This document shows positions 25,923-37,865 of a stretch of 64,000 nucleotides of DNA, one piece after another. Positions within the stretch are counted from its first letter, which is position 1; each line of letters opens with the position of its first letter. Source of the stretch: Mobula birostris (taxonomy: Eukaryota); assembly GCF_030028105.1 (NCBI RefSeq), contig NC_092375.1, forward strand, positions 135,001,035 through 135,065,034, in the 5' to 3' direction. Both the position numbers and the translations under genes were made by a program. The notes below the pieces were generated by a model. It was not told the DNA's origin and ran no database searches. It saw only the letters and a list, made by a program, of their open reading frames with translations.

Positions 25923-26740
25923 TGTCACGTACCCTGTGACAGGTTAAAGAACCAGCAGAAATAGAAAACACTTTGGTATTGCTATTAGCTAATACTATTT
26001 ATTAGTAACTACACAATACAGTAATATAAATTCAGATATATCAAACACGTTAGCAAAGATTATATGTATATAACTGTGGAAATATAGAAACCAAGCTTCT
26101 TCAAGCCTAGGGGTAAATGGATACAATCTTACAGTGATGAGTAAAGTTCAGTTCAGTTCGTGGTATTCAGTTGAGGGGGGAGGGAGGAGGGGGAGGGGTT
26201 TGAGTCTTCAGGTGAGCTGATGCCATCGATCTTCCCGTTGTCCTCCGAATGTGACCACAACAAAGGGGACTGTTCTTCTGTTGTGGAATTATCAACCTAG
26301 GCGAGGGTTGGACGCATGAATAACACCCCACCAGTCACACCTTTTCCACACTGTGAGAGCCACTGATCGATTCTCCTGATCGATCCTCCAAAAACCCACC
26401 TTTCTGCGGGCATAACAAAGCTCATCCAGTGTCCAAAACCATGTGTCTGTCTGTCTACCAGCTGACCTTCTATTTATCTCACCATGCTGAACACCAGCTG
26501 TCCATCAAGTAGCTCCTCCCTTCCCTCTCTGTGGGAACACAGAAGATGCCAGTGTCCTTGCAAAAGTGTAAACACGCTGCAGAGAAACCATAACATCATC
26601 TCCAAGCAAACTGTGAGCAGTCTTTGTCTCTCTCTTAATAACAAGGTGTTTGTGTTGTACAGATCTCGCTCTCTCTCTCTCTTTCTCTTTTTAAAGGAGG
26701 CACAGTCCATAGAAAATATGACCCCTAGGGGTACATAACA
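25923..26740 (-). mobile_element. Solo LTR (818 bp) with 4-bp TSD ATAG
   Basis: TGTCACGTACCC...GGGTACATAACA terminal inverted repeat; ATAG on both flanks; minus-strand AATAAA near 26000. Confidence 0.8.
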
Positions 26741-28179
26741 ATAGCAAGCTATTCTTTCAAGTGTAAATGACTGGTCTTCACTATGGAATATGTTTACATT
26801 TCTCACCACCTCAGTAAAGTACCCAACATAATAAAAGATCCCACCCACCCTGGAAATTCTCTCTTCCGCTCCTCCCATTGAGCAGGATAGAAAACACATA
26901 TCACTGGGTTCAAGGACAGCTTCAATCCCACTTTTACATGACTATTGAATGAGCCTCTTGTATGAAAAGATGGACTCTGGATATCACAATCTACCTCATC
27001 ATGGCCTCACACCTTTGTGGAAGGGGTGGATGTAGAGAGAGTGTTTCTATAGTCAGGGAGTCTAGGAACAGAGGATACAGCTGCCTCAGAATAGAGGGAC
27101 ACCTATTTAGAACAGAGATGAGGTGGAATTTCTTTAGCCAGAGGGTAGTGAATTAGTGGAATTCATTACTAAGAAGGTTGCGTATTTGATGTATTGTTGG
27201 AGTAGACACTGCAATTGCTGCCTACACTAAATTCTGTTGGTTTTATCCTCTGCTCCCCACCCCTCTGCCTATTCGCCACTGCTTTCAGTAACACAACGAA
27301 AGCCTCAGACTCGGCACCGGGATTGTCCGACATACTGGTTTCTTGAGGAATTTGCAGGATCTAACATGAAGGGGTGGAGAATGGGTTCTCTGTACATAAC
27401 TGGAGATGAACATGACAAATATACTGGTGAGCAGAAGAAAAATGAGCAGACTCAGGGCCCTGGAATACTCGGGAAATGGAAAGACTCTCTAACATCCTGA
27501 GGGAGCGCAGAGAACTGAGCAAAACAGTGATGCACGAGGAAAAGGTGGCAATATTATGACTGAAGACTTTTAAGGCCATCAACTGTATAGAAGACAAACT
27601 GCAAATAAAAATAGAACTGAAAACATGAGTTGGAAGGAGTTCTTGAAATTGAGTCTGTAGGTCATAAGACAAGCTCAGAGTGGTGGTGTTTCAAGTAATC
27701 CATGCCGCCAGAGCAATGTCACAGCATAAGATATAGGAATAGTATTAGGCCATTTGGCCCATTGTGTCTGCTCTACCTTGGATCATGGCTGATTTACTAT
27801 CCCTCTCAACCCCTTTTTCTGCTTTCTGTAACCATTGACATCCTTACTAATCAAGAACCCATCAATCTTTCCTTTAAATATATCCGATAACTTGGTCTCC
27901 ACGGCCATTTGTGGCAATGAATTCTACAGGTTCATCACCCTCTGGCTAAAGAAATTCCTCCTCTTCTCTGTTCTAAAAGGATATCCTTATATCCTGAGTC
28001 TGTGCCTTCAGGTCTGTGACTCCCCCACTACAGAAAACACCCTTCGACAGGAGTTCAGTGATACGCGATCTCACTGCTCCCCACCCACCATGATCTCTGC
28101 AGCCCTGCGGCTCTTTGACCACGTGCTCACCCAGACCCGCCACCACAGCCATATATCCCCTCTGGGAGCTGGTCTCACC

Positions 28180-28376
28180 CAGCACTTTACCCCAATCCTT
28201 CCCCCTTTCCCAGTTTCACCTATCACCTCCCACCTCGTACTTCTTCCTCTTTTCCCCCCACCTTCTTACTCTAACTTCTCCTCTTTCTTTCCAGTCTTGA
28301 TGAAGGGTCTTGGCCCAAAACATCAACTGTCTACTCTTTTCTGCAGATGCTACCTGGCCTGCTGAGTTCCTCCAGC

Positions 28377-28438
<62 letters not shown>

Positions 28439-28480
28439 TGTATTGCTTTGGATTTCAAGCATCTGCAGACTTTTGCATGT
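28180..28480 (+). mobile_element. Penelope-derived 3' fragment with decayed hammerhead
   Basis: cagtcttgatgaagggtcttggcccaaaacatcaactg followed by the common terminal repeat. Confidence 0.75.
28379..28428. repeat. (TG)25 microsatellite
   Basis: Perfect dinucleotide run, expanded from the tgtgtgt within the host repeat. Confidence 0.97.
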
Positions 28481-29479
28481 TTCTGGGATTATGCTTAGGT
28501 GGGCACCTTGAACAAGTTGCGTCAAAGTCTAAAAATTGTACTAGGTTTATAAAGTTATTGCTACCCTTGGCTAGTCATCAATTACTAATAAATAACTTCA
28601 ATGCTAATTTACTTCATCTACTTACTCATTGTATTGCGTCTTGAAGCAGTTTGCAAACAAGGAAAAGATCCTCAAAATTAAGATACCTCCGAACCACCAG
28701 TTTATGTCACCCATGAACACGTTCCACTGGCATCTCATCAAACAGCCACAAAGAGCATTTGAAATAGTGTGCTAAGCAGACCGTATTCTTACAAACCTAT
28801 TATTAGATGTGCCCACATCCCAGATTACATTATAAATAGAGATTACAAAAGTGTATTATATGTTTATCAGTACCGTGTGGGAAAACACCTTTACTTTCCT
28901 GGGACTCAACCTTTCCTCATAAGTCGTGATCTCTAATGCAGGCAGCGTCCTGTTAAATCTCCTCTGAATCCCCTCTAAAGTTTCCATGTCTTTCCTATAA
29001 TGAGGTGATCAAAAATGAACACAATGCACCTAGTGTGGTCTCACCCCAGCTTTAGGGCTGCAGCACTACTTCATGTAGTCCGTGATCCAGTAGGGTTGGT
29101 TGGTACCATCTGAGATGAATAATGCTCAGTGATTTTTGGCAAGGTATACTTCTCTAGAGTTAGAAAATATGTGATAGCATTGCGCCAGTGGTAGCTTTGT
29201 GTGTGCTATCATGCATTTTATAACACTACCAAGTGGCCAATATAAAGTACAACGTATATATTCAACCTAGTGGTATTTTGTCATCAGTGATCCCTCAACA
29301 TTGAAATTTCTCGCAATGATAGCTGAGTTCAAGCACTTTTCATCACCTGTTGTTATAAAATTCTACGTTGAAAACTATGTCATTGATGGCACTCACAGTA
29401 CAGTGCCCAATTTAAGTAGAGTGAATCATTTCATTTTTAGAAAAATATTAGTCTGTTGTTTACTTTGGAAAAGTTAATA

Positions 29480-29730
29480 AAAAAACCCTTGCATGGTGGG
29501 AGTTGATGACTTTTGATTTCACCTTTTTTTTCCCCCACAGAAAAGGTGATACCTCAGTTCATTGACCTTAGTGGTCAATGCTTTTGGGGCATATAGGAGA
29601 CATGCAAATGCCTCCAGTTTGTCCATCAGTTCTGGGGAGAGGTCCCAGTCCTGACCCAACTCTAAGAATGTCAAGTATGCTGCTCAATTTTGGCTTCTAA
29701 AATCTTTAGTATACTTCCTTCTTCCTCTTG
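29480..29730 (-). mobile_element. Academ-like DNA transposon fragment (XPG-domain region)
   Basis: TFLELGQDWDLSPELMDKLEAFACLLYAPKALTTKVNELRYHLFC, frameshift, GEIKSHQLPPCK. This resembles the XPG-to-Cys8 region of Academ proteins. Confidence 0.65.
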
Positions 29731-29734
29731 ACTA

Positions 29735-30680
29735 TATGTTCCACCTATCTTCTCAACCATGGTTCCTTCACCATACCATCCATCCCTTGCCACAGAGGGA
29801 CAAACTTATCCAGAACCCCTCACAAGAGCTCCCTAAACAACCTCCAGATTTCTACTGTGCATTCCCCTAAGAACATCTGCTCCCGATTTATGCATCCAAG
29901 TTCCTACCTAATACCACTATATCCCTCAACTAAGTACTCTCCCATACTATCTGCTCCTATCCTCGGCCAAGGCTATGCCATCTATGTCACTGGTAGCAAT
30001 GTGTACAGGTTCTGGCTTCTCACTTTCTCCCCAAGAACGCTGTGGACTCAGTCCAAACTGTCTCTGACCCTGGCACCTGGGAGGCCACATACCATCCAGG
30101 AGTCTTGCTATTGTCCACAGAATCTCCTATCTGTTCCCCTAACCAATAAATCCCCTATCGCTGCCGCCCTCTTCTTCTGCCCAGTTCCATTTTGTACAAT
30201 AGAGCCAGTCCCAGTGCCAGTGCCAGAGACGTGACTGCTGTGGTTTTCCTCTACCAGGCCAAATCCCCCAGCCATCCACCCCCCACCCCCCGACACTATT
30301 CAAAATATTATATTTGTTATGATGGGAACACTCACATTTGTTCTCTGCACTGACTTCCTATTCCCTCTGTCTCTCCTGGCAATCTTACAGTTATCCATGT
30401 CCTGCAGCTTAGGTGAACTGCCTCCCTGTAACTGTTATCTACCAACCCCTCAGCCTCCCAAGTGATCCTGAGATCATCCAGCTCCAGCTCTCTGACATGG
30501 TCTGCAAGGAGCTGGAGCCAGATACACTTCCCACAGATGTAGTCATTAGGGACATCCCCCGCCACTGTAGGTCTCCCCGACTTCCCACATCCCACAAGGA
30601 GCACACCATTGTCTGGACTGCCGTTCCACTACTCTACTTGTGCAATAAGATGAAAAGAGATCTTACCTGTGCTTTGCCTT
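29735..30680 (-). mobile_element. CR1 ORF1/5' ORF2 fragment
   Basis: YICGKCIWLQLL zinc knuckle; AIGDLLVRGTDRRFCG esterase start. Confidence 0.8.
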
Positions 30681-31289
30681 AGCCTCCACTCACCAAATCT
30701 TCTGAAAACAAATAAATGATAACACAAAATAAAATAAAACCTTATCTTTTATACAGTCATAGAAGCATAGACCTCTACAGCACAGGAGACCTTTCAGCCC
30801 ATCTAGTTCATGTCACACTGTTTTTCAGCTTTGTCCCATGGAACTGCACCTGACCATAGCTGTCCATATCCCTCCCATCCATATCCTAATCCAAGCTTCT
30901 CTTAATTGTTGCAATCATACTCCTATCCACCACTTTACTAATGACCTACTGTATGCTTTCTCTCTGAAGCCCTTTTCTGTCACAGTACGTGGTGACAGAT
31001 GACTGAACCCTGGTGCTGAGGAACGACAAACTCCCATGTTGAGACAGAAGAAAGAATGACCGTTGTCTTTCTTAAGTATTGCTTCTTTATAATTCACGCA
31101 ATTTATATAATAAATCTGTGTACTTATAACGAGTATACCTATACCCATTCATAGCTCTAGAGCTAATTTAAAGTTTTGAAGGTAAAACAAACTACAGAAT
31201 GGTAAGTTGGCAGAGAATAAGCTACGTTAGTTGTATCACAAACAGCAGAAAATTGCTCTGGTCATGTCCGCTGAACAGTCAATCATGTG

Positions 31290-32900
31290 ATTAGGGGCAC
31301 TGCTTTTAAGGGCATTATACAAGGGGAGCATACGTTCAGTAGCTCACCGAATGAAGCAGTGATAGAAATTCACCATACCTAAAAACTCTTGTAGTAGTGC
31401 AAGGTAGTGGGAAATCCACGATAGTGGCTACTTTTGTTTGGAGAGGCCGAGAAAGTCAATGGTTGACAACCCAAACTGGCATTTAGCAGGATTAATGATA
31501 AACCTACATCGGTTTAAGTGCTCGAGAAGTGTGAAGAGATGTGATAAGTGTTTGTATTTGGATGCACTGGCAACAAGTATGTCATACAGATAAACAAAAA
31601 GAAAATCGATGTCTTTTAATACAGAGTCCATCAGCCATTGGAAAGTCTGTGCTGCATTTTTCAGTCCAAACAGCATGCGCAGAAACTCAAATAGGTCAGA
31701 TGGGGGTTATCACAGCCATTTTGAGAATGTCCTCCGAGCACACATGCACCTGTTGGGAGCCTCTAAGTCAACTTTAGAAAAATTTAACTTTCCAGCTAAA
31801 TGTGCCAAAAAGTCTTGGGTGTGTGATACAGGGTAACGATCGGGGTTGGTAATCTCATTAAGGCTTCGTTAACTGCCACACATGTGGCAACCACCATTGG
31901 ACTTGGGGACCATACGGAGGGGCAAAGCCCAGGGGCTATTCAACCTGCGTACAATGTCAAGTCTTTCCATGTTGACAAACTCAGTCTTCAGGGTTGCCAG
32001 CTTCGATGTGTCTAGTCTATGTGCACAGGCATGGACTGGCAGACCAGTTGTGGAAATGTGGTGCTCAAGCCCATGGTTTGTGACTGTAGTTGAGAATGTG
32101 GGCTTGGTGAGGTTTGGGAATTCACCCAACAGTCAGGTGAACTTACATGCAGTGGTGCATGTGCTTGACAGAGTCATTGTGGGGAACTTATTGGGGAGGT
32201 AGGGTAACAACCAAAAGTCCTTGACGTCCACAAGCCGGCAGTTCTTAAGATCAACTAGCAGTCCTGGGCACATAGAAAAACTGCACCAAGCAGAGGTCTA
32301 GCCACTTTAGCTAGGACAAAGTCCCATGTGTAATGTCACCCGCTGAAGCAGAGTGTCACCCATCATGTGCCTTAAGTCTATATCTTGCTGCCATTGGTGG
32401 CCTCCAGTGAGGTTTCGTCGCTCTTTGCTTTCTGATCAAAAGGCAACGCTGGCCACACACTCACTTGAGCACACATGTTGCCCTGAATGGGAGTTCATAA
32501 TGAGCAGTAGACGACCCTGGCAGCTGGAAACCACAGTGATCACAGTCCTCTGATGTCCCACTGCTCTGGCACAATCAAAGTTGCAAGACAGTTGGCACTT
32601 CCTAGTATTGGTGCAAAAGCGACGGTGATAAAAGCACAAACCCAGTGTAGTCTGTTTCACAGCCACGGGTGTGTGTGTGTATTGGAAGCCTTGCTGACCA
32701 GGGTTACTGAGGCTTTATTTTCATCATGCAATATTTTTCATGTTCAGATCGGTGTTCAAGCAGAGTCACCACTCTTGATCCTGTGGAACTACCGAGCAAT
32801 GCTACAAACCAAGTGATGGCATTTTGCTCCCAGAACTTCTGCAGTTTCAAAGCAACTGTGTTGGCGGACATGTTCAATAACTCTGGACTCATCCAAGAGC
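31290..32900 (-). mobile_element. Gypsy LTR-retrotransposon internal fragment (CsRn1-like gag-pro-RT)
   Basis: Gag ALKLQKFW and CFYH-x9-C-x3-C (CHCC) motif. RT HHISTTG, SPWALPL, FGLKNAAQTFQ, FVYLYDILVAS, INPAKCQFG. Confidence 0.9.
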
Positions 32901-33399
32901 ACTGCTGTATCTGGTGCTGGGAGAAAGCCACTTTTCGGTTAAGCATAGAATAGAACAGACTCTCATTTCCCTCTGATACAGCAATCTTGCCCTCAGGTCC
33001 TTAATTTTGTCCTCCAGTGACTGCACATTTGCCAACAAGGTGTTGGGTAGAGGAGCCCTCATCCCTCCTCATTTCAGCCTGGCTTGTAGCCCCCACCCCC
33101 CCCCACCCCACTCCTGTCTCACTTCCAGCCATGACAATGAATCTTCAACCTCTTAAATGTGCCGTACCTGTCAGGTCTGCTGAGTCCTTCAGACAATTGA
33201 GAGTTCTGAAGATCATTAGCTGATTTAACAGTACATTGCCTAGAGGGATGTTACTTGCTGCAGATTGCAGTGAGAGTAATTTGAAAGAGTATTTAAAAGA
33301 ATATTTGGAACTATCGTCTGCAGCCCACAGAACATCGATGATCACCAGTGCCATCTTGTCTAGTTTAGGTTCATCCAGTAATGGGCCATAGTCTATTCA

Positions 33400-34400
33400 A
33401 GAATAAAGATTCAAGATTGTCCAGTATCATTTTCAGTACACAACTGTAAAGGGGAATGAAATAGTTGTACTCTGGATCTGATGCAGCACAAAAAAAACAC
33501 AATAAATACAAATACATAAGATAGCTTATATACATAGATTGATTGTGTGTCCATGAAATGACCCCAGGCACAGGAGTGACTGTACATATGGTGATTGACA
33601 AGAATTGATTAAATAGTGGTGCTGAGGGATGTGGAGCAGTGGGTTAGTAGGTGGAGGTGTTAATCAGCCTGACTGCTTGGAGGAGTTAATAGTTATTAAG
33701 TCTTGTGGTCCTGGCCTGGGTGCCACGTAGCCTCCTCCTTGATGGGAGTGGGACAAACAGCCTATGAGCAGGGTGAGTGGGATCCTTCATGACACTACTG
33801 GCCCTCTTTCAGCCCCTTTCTCCTTACTGTACATGTCCTTGATGGCGGTTAGGCTGGTGCTGGTGACGTGTTGGGCAGTTTTGACTGCCTGTTGTAGAGC
33901 TGTCCTGTCCGCTGCAGTGCAGTTTCCGTACCGCGCAGTGATGCAGCATGTTGAATGCTCTTTACTGCACATCTGTAAAAGGACGTGAGCAGCTACGTAC
34001 GTGACATTGGTGAGTTTTTGTTCATGATGTAGGATGTGTTCTGGGAACGAGAGGTTGTGTGAGATAGGCACTTCCTGGAGATTGAAACTGCTGTGCCACC
34101 GGTGTAAAGAGAAGTGAGAGTGGTGTGAGTTCTCAATGACCATCTCCTTTCATTGAGAAAGGGGTTGTTGCCAGTCATCAGGCCTCAAGCACTGGTACCT
34201 TCCAGCCCCTGTCTGTAGACCATCTTGTTGCTGGTGATGAGCCCTACCACTGCGGTGTCATCGATGAACTTGCAATGGGCTCAACACTCAAAACCTGGGG
34301 AGGCACGCATGCTGACAATGATGGGGAGGGAGGAGCGGTTGTGCACCCGACTATCTGAGGTCTGTTGGTCGAGAAGTCCAACACCCAGTTGCACAGTGGT
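33400..34400 (-). mobile_element. Rex1/Babar LINE fragments
   Basis: CITARYGNCTAADRTALQQAVKTAQ; LCNWVLDFSTNRPQ. Confidence 0.75.
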
Positions 34401-34584
34401 GTATCTAGACCGAGGAGAAGGAGTTTGTTCCCCAAGTGGAGGGATGGGAATAAACAAAGGGTCAGTGCTCTGCTAGATACCAGCACTGAACACACAGATG
34501 TAATATATCTGGAAAACATACACAAGAGATTCTGCAGATACTGGAAATCCAGAGCAATACACACAAAATGCTGGAGGAACCGGA

Positions 34585-34882
34585 AACAAAGCCTCAAGAT
34601 TTGGGGGAGTAAATTTAGGACGGAAATGAGGAGGAACTACTTTCCCCAAAGAGTGGTGAATCTGTGGAATTCTCTGCCCAATGAAGCAGTGGAGGCTACC
34701 TCAGTAAATACATTTAAGACAAGGTTGGATAGGTGTTTGCATAGCAACGGAATTAAGGGTTATTGGGAAAAGGCAGGTAGGTGGAGATGAGTTCATGGTC
34801 AGATCAGCCGTGATCTTATTCAATGGCAGAGCAGGCTCAACAGGCCAGATGGCCTACTCCTGCTCCTATTTCTTATGTTCTT
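34585..34882 (+). mobile_element. CR1 3' end inserted into a hairpin repeat
   Basis: MRRNYFPQRVVNLWNSLP...KGY and ttcttatg tail. Flanked by the two arms of a Penelope-derived repeat. Confidence 0.8.
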
Positions 34883-35100
34883 ATGAAGGATCTCAGCCTG
34901 AAATGTCAAATGCTCCTTCACTCTGTTGATGCTGCTTTACTTGCTGACTTCCTCCAGCATTTTGGATGCATGCTTCACTATTCCACTATTACCTGTGCCA
35001 CAGGAGCAGATTGCCTTCATATGGGAAGGCAGGCAGTACATCGTCACCAGATTGCCTCAGGGGTACGTGCACAGCCCATATCACAGGCTGAGAGCGCACA

Positions 35101-37407
35101 ATCAGAATCAGGTTTATTATCACCAGCATGTGACGTGAAATTTGTTAACTGAGCAACAGTAGTTCAATACAATACATAATCTAGCAAAGAAAAATAAAAT
35201 AAATAAAAATAATAATAATCAATAAACAAGTAAATCAATTACATATATTTAATAGATTTTTTTAAAGTGCAAAAACAGAAAGGCTGTATATTAAAAAAAG
35301 TGAGGTAGTGTCCAAGGATTCAAAGTCCGTTTAGGAATCGGATGGCAGAGGAGAAGAAGCTGTTCCTGAATTGCTGAGTGTGTGCCTTCAGGCTTCTGTA
35401 CCTCCTACCTGATGGTAACAGAGAGAAAAGGGCATGCCCTGGGTGCTGGAGGTCCTTAATAATGAACACTGCTTTTCTGAGACACCACTCCCTAAAGATG
35501 TCCTGGGTACTTTATAGGCTAGTACCCAAGATGGAGCCGACTAAATTTACAACCTTCTGTAGCTTCTTTCAGTCCTGTGCAGTAGCCCCTCCATACCAGA
35601 CAGTGATGCAGCCTGTCAGAGTGCTCTCCATGGTATGATAGAAGTTTTTGAGTGAATTTGTTGACATGCCAAATCTCTTCAAACTCCTAATAAAGTATAG
35701 CCTTCTTTATAACTACATCAATATGTTGGGACCAGGTTAGATCCTCAGATCTTGACACCCAAGAACTTGAAGCTGCTCACTCTCTCCACTTCTGATCCCT
35801 CTATGAGGATTGGTAGGTGTTCCTTCGTTTTACCCTTCCTGAAGTCCACAATCAGCTCGTTCATCTTACCGACGTTGAGTGCCAGGTTGTTGCTGCGGCA
35901 CCACTCCACAAGTTGGCATATCTCACTCCTGTACGCCCACTCATCACCACCAGTGATTCTACCAACAATGATTGTATCATCAGCAAATTTATAGATAGTA
36001 TTTGAGCTATGCCTAGCCTCACAGTCATGTGTATATAGAGAGTAGAGCAGTGGGTTAAGCACACACCCCTGAGGTGCACCAGTGTTGATCGTCAGCGAAG
36101 AGTATATGTTATCAGCAATCTGCAAAGATTGTGGTCTTCTGGTTAGGAAGTCGAGGATTCAATTGCAGAGGGAGGTAAAGAGGCCCAGGTTCTCTCAAAC
36201 AGGATTGTGGGAATGATGGTGTTAAATGCCGAGCTATAGTCGATGAACAGCACCCTGACGTAGATATTTGTGTTGTCCAGGTGGTCTAAAGCTGTGTGGA
36301 GAGCCATTGAGGTTGCCTCTGCCGTTGACCTATTGTGGTGATAGGCAAATTGCAATGGGTCCAGGTCCTTGCTGAGGCAGGAGTTCAGTCTAGTCATGAC
36401 TAACCCCTCAAAGCATTTCATCACTGTCGATGTGAGTGCTACCGGGTGAGTCATTAAGGCAGCCCACATTATTCTTCTTAGGCACTGGTATGATTGATGC
36501 CTTTTTGAAGCAAGTGGGAACTTCCACCCGGAGCAGTGAGAGATTGAAAATGTCCTTGAATATTCCCGCTAGTTGATTGGCACAGGTTTTCAGAGCCTTA
36601 CCAGGTACTCCACTGGGACCTTCTACCTTGCGAAGGTTCACTCTCTTTAAAGACAGCCTAACATCAGCCTCTGAGACAGAGAGCACAGGGTAATCAGGTG
36701 CAGCAGGGATCTTCACAGCTGTAGTTGTCTTCTCCCTTTCAAAGCGTGCATCGAGAGCATTGAGTTCATCTGGTAGTGAAGCATCGCAGCCATTCATGCT
36801 ATTGGGTTTCGCTTTGTAGGAAGTAATGTCTTGCAGACCCTGCCGGGGTTGCCGTGTATCCGATGTCACCTCCAACCTCATTCGAAATTGTCTCTTCACG
36901 CTTGAAATAGCCCTCTGCTGTGTGGGCCGGCTGGTGGCACGACATTGGCACCGGACCCGGGAGCAGAGGTTCCCGGGTTCGAAACTAGTCAGGTCTGCTC
37001 CCAAGTACACTTTCCATCCGTGCCGGGTTGAGTGTCAAGATTGCAACTCGCCCTCGTAAAATAAAGGGAAAATACTGTGAAAATGTCTGAGGAGTGACAC
37101 GCCACACAGTCTCTCTCTCGCTCCGCGCCTTGTAAAAAGCCATGAAAAAGACAATCACAGACGCGCAGACACACACGCCAAAACAAAAATTAAGGATGAC
37201 TGAAATGATTAAAGAATTATATATAAAAGAAGAAATAGCCCTCTGCAAATCATTCCTCATTTTCTGGTACAAGCCTGGGTTGCCAGACTTGAATGCCACA
37301 GATCTAGCCTTCAGCAGATGACGTAGCTCCTGGGTCATCCACAGCTTTTGGTTTGGGAATGTACAGTAAGTCTTTCTGGGCACACACTCATCCACACAGG
37401 TTTTAAT
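35101..37407 (-). mobile_element. Rex1/Babar LINE (5'-truncated)
   Basis: [32 protein letters not shown]; (TCTGAT)-type tail. Confidence 0.95.
36919..37231 (+). mobile_element. Young tRNA-derived SINE with 15-bp TSD
   Basis: TSD gaaatagccctctgc at 36904-36918 and 37232-37246. A box tggcacgacattgg, B box gggttcgaaac; CpG-rich; A-rich tail. Confidence 0.85.
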
Positions 37408-37504
37408 GAACACTGCTGTTGAATCTCCCAGTATCCAGGTAGTCTACTGTAACGATGACAACTGACTAAGAGGACCCAATGGAGAGGAGGTAGCTGAGGC
37501 CCTG

Positions 37505-37865
37505 TGTGTGCTGGTAAGCTACATGCAAAGCCACACTCTGGAGAAGTTGGAGCCCAGTGACTGTGAATCTGGGAGCCTGGAGGAGGCCTGTACTGTGCTG
37601 TACGTGCGTGGCTGGATGGCGGAGACTGAGGACAGGGCTTGCTTTGCTGTTGTTTTGCTGCTTGCTGAGTTGTTTTGCCGTGTTGTGCCGTGTGTTCTTC
37701 CGCCAAGCATCGTGGGCATGATATGTTGGTACCACAACATGTGGTGATTTGCAGATTGCCCCTAGCACATCCTTAGGTTGTGACTGGCTGGACGTTAGTG
37801 CAAAAGATGCATTTCACTTCACGTTTCAATATATATGCGATAAACAAAATGAACCTGAGTCAGAA
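37505..37865 (+). mobile_element. SINE-like repeat interrupting ERV pol
   Basis: Same family as the antisense copies at 2310-2500, 12485-12780 and 49840-50010; aatgaacctgagtcaga tail. Confidence 0.6.

Noticed and set aside
27240-27660. Purine-rich stretch with a coding-like look
   Set aside because: Stops in all frames and no family recognised.
28216-28644. ORFs with HTHT or CVCV repeats
   Set aside because: Translations of the (TG)25 microsatellite.
29524-29545. Strong plus-strand splice acceptor (tttttttcccccacag)
   Set aside because: All three downstream frames stop quickly. It is the antisense of the Academ-like fragment.
30948-31050. Possible CPO prodomain exon on - (donor-like gtaggt)
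   Set aside because: The translation shows no recognisable M14A prodomain motifs and there is no acceptor.
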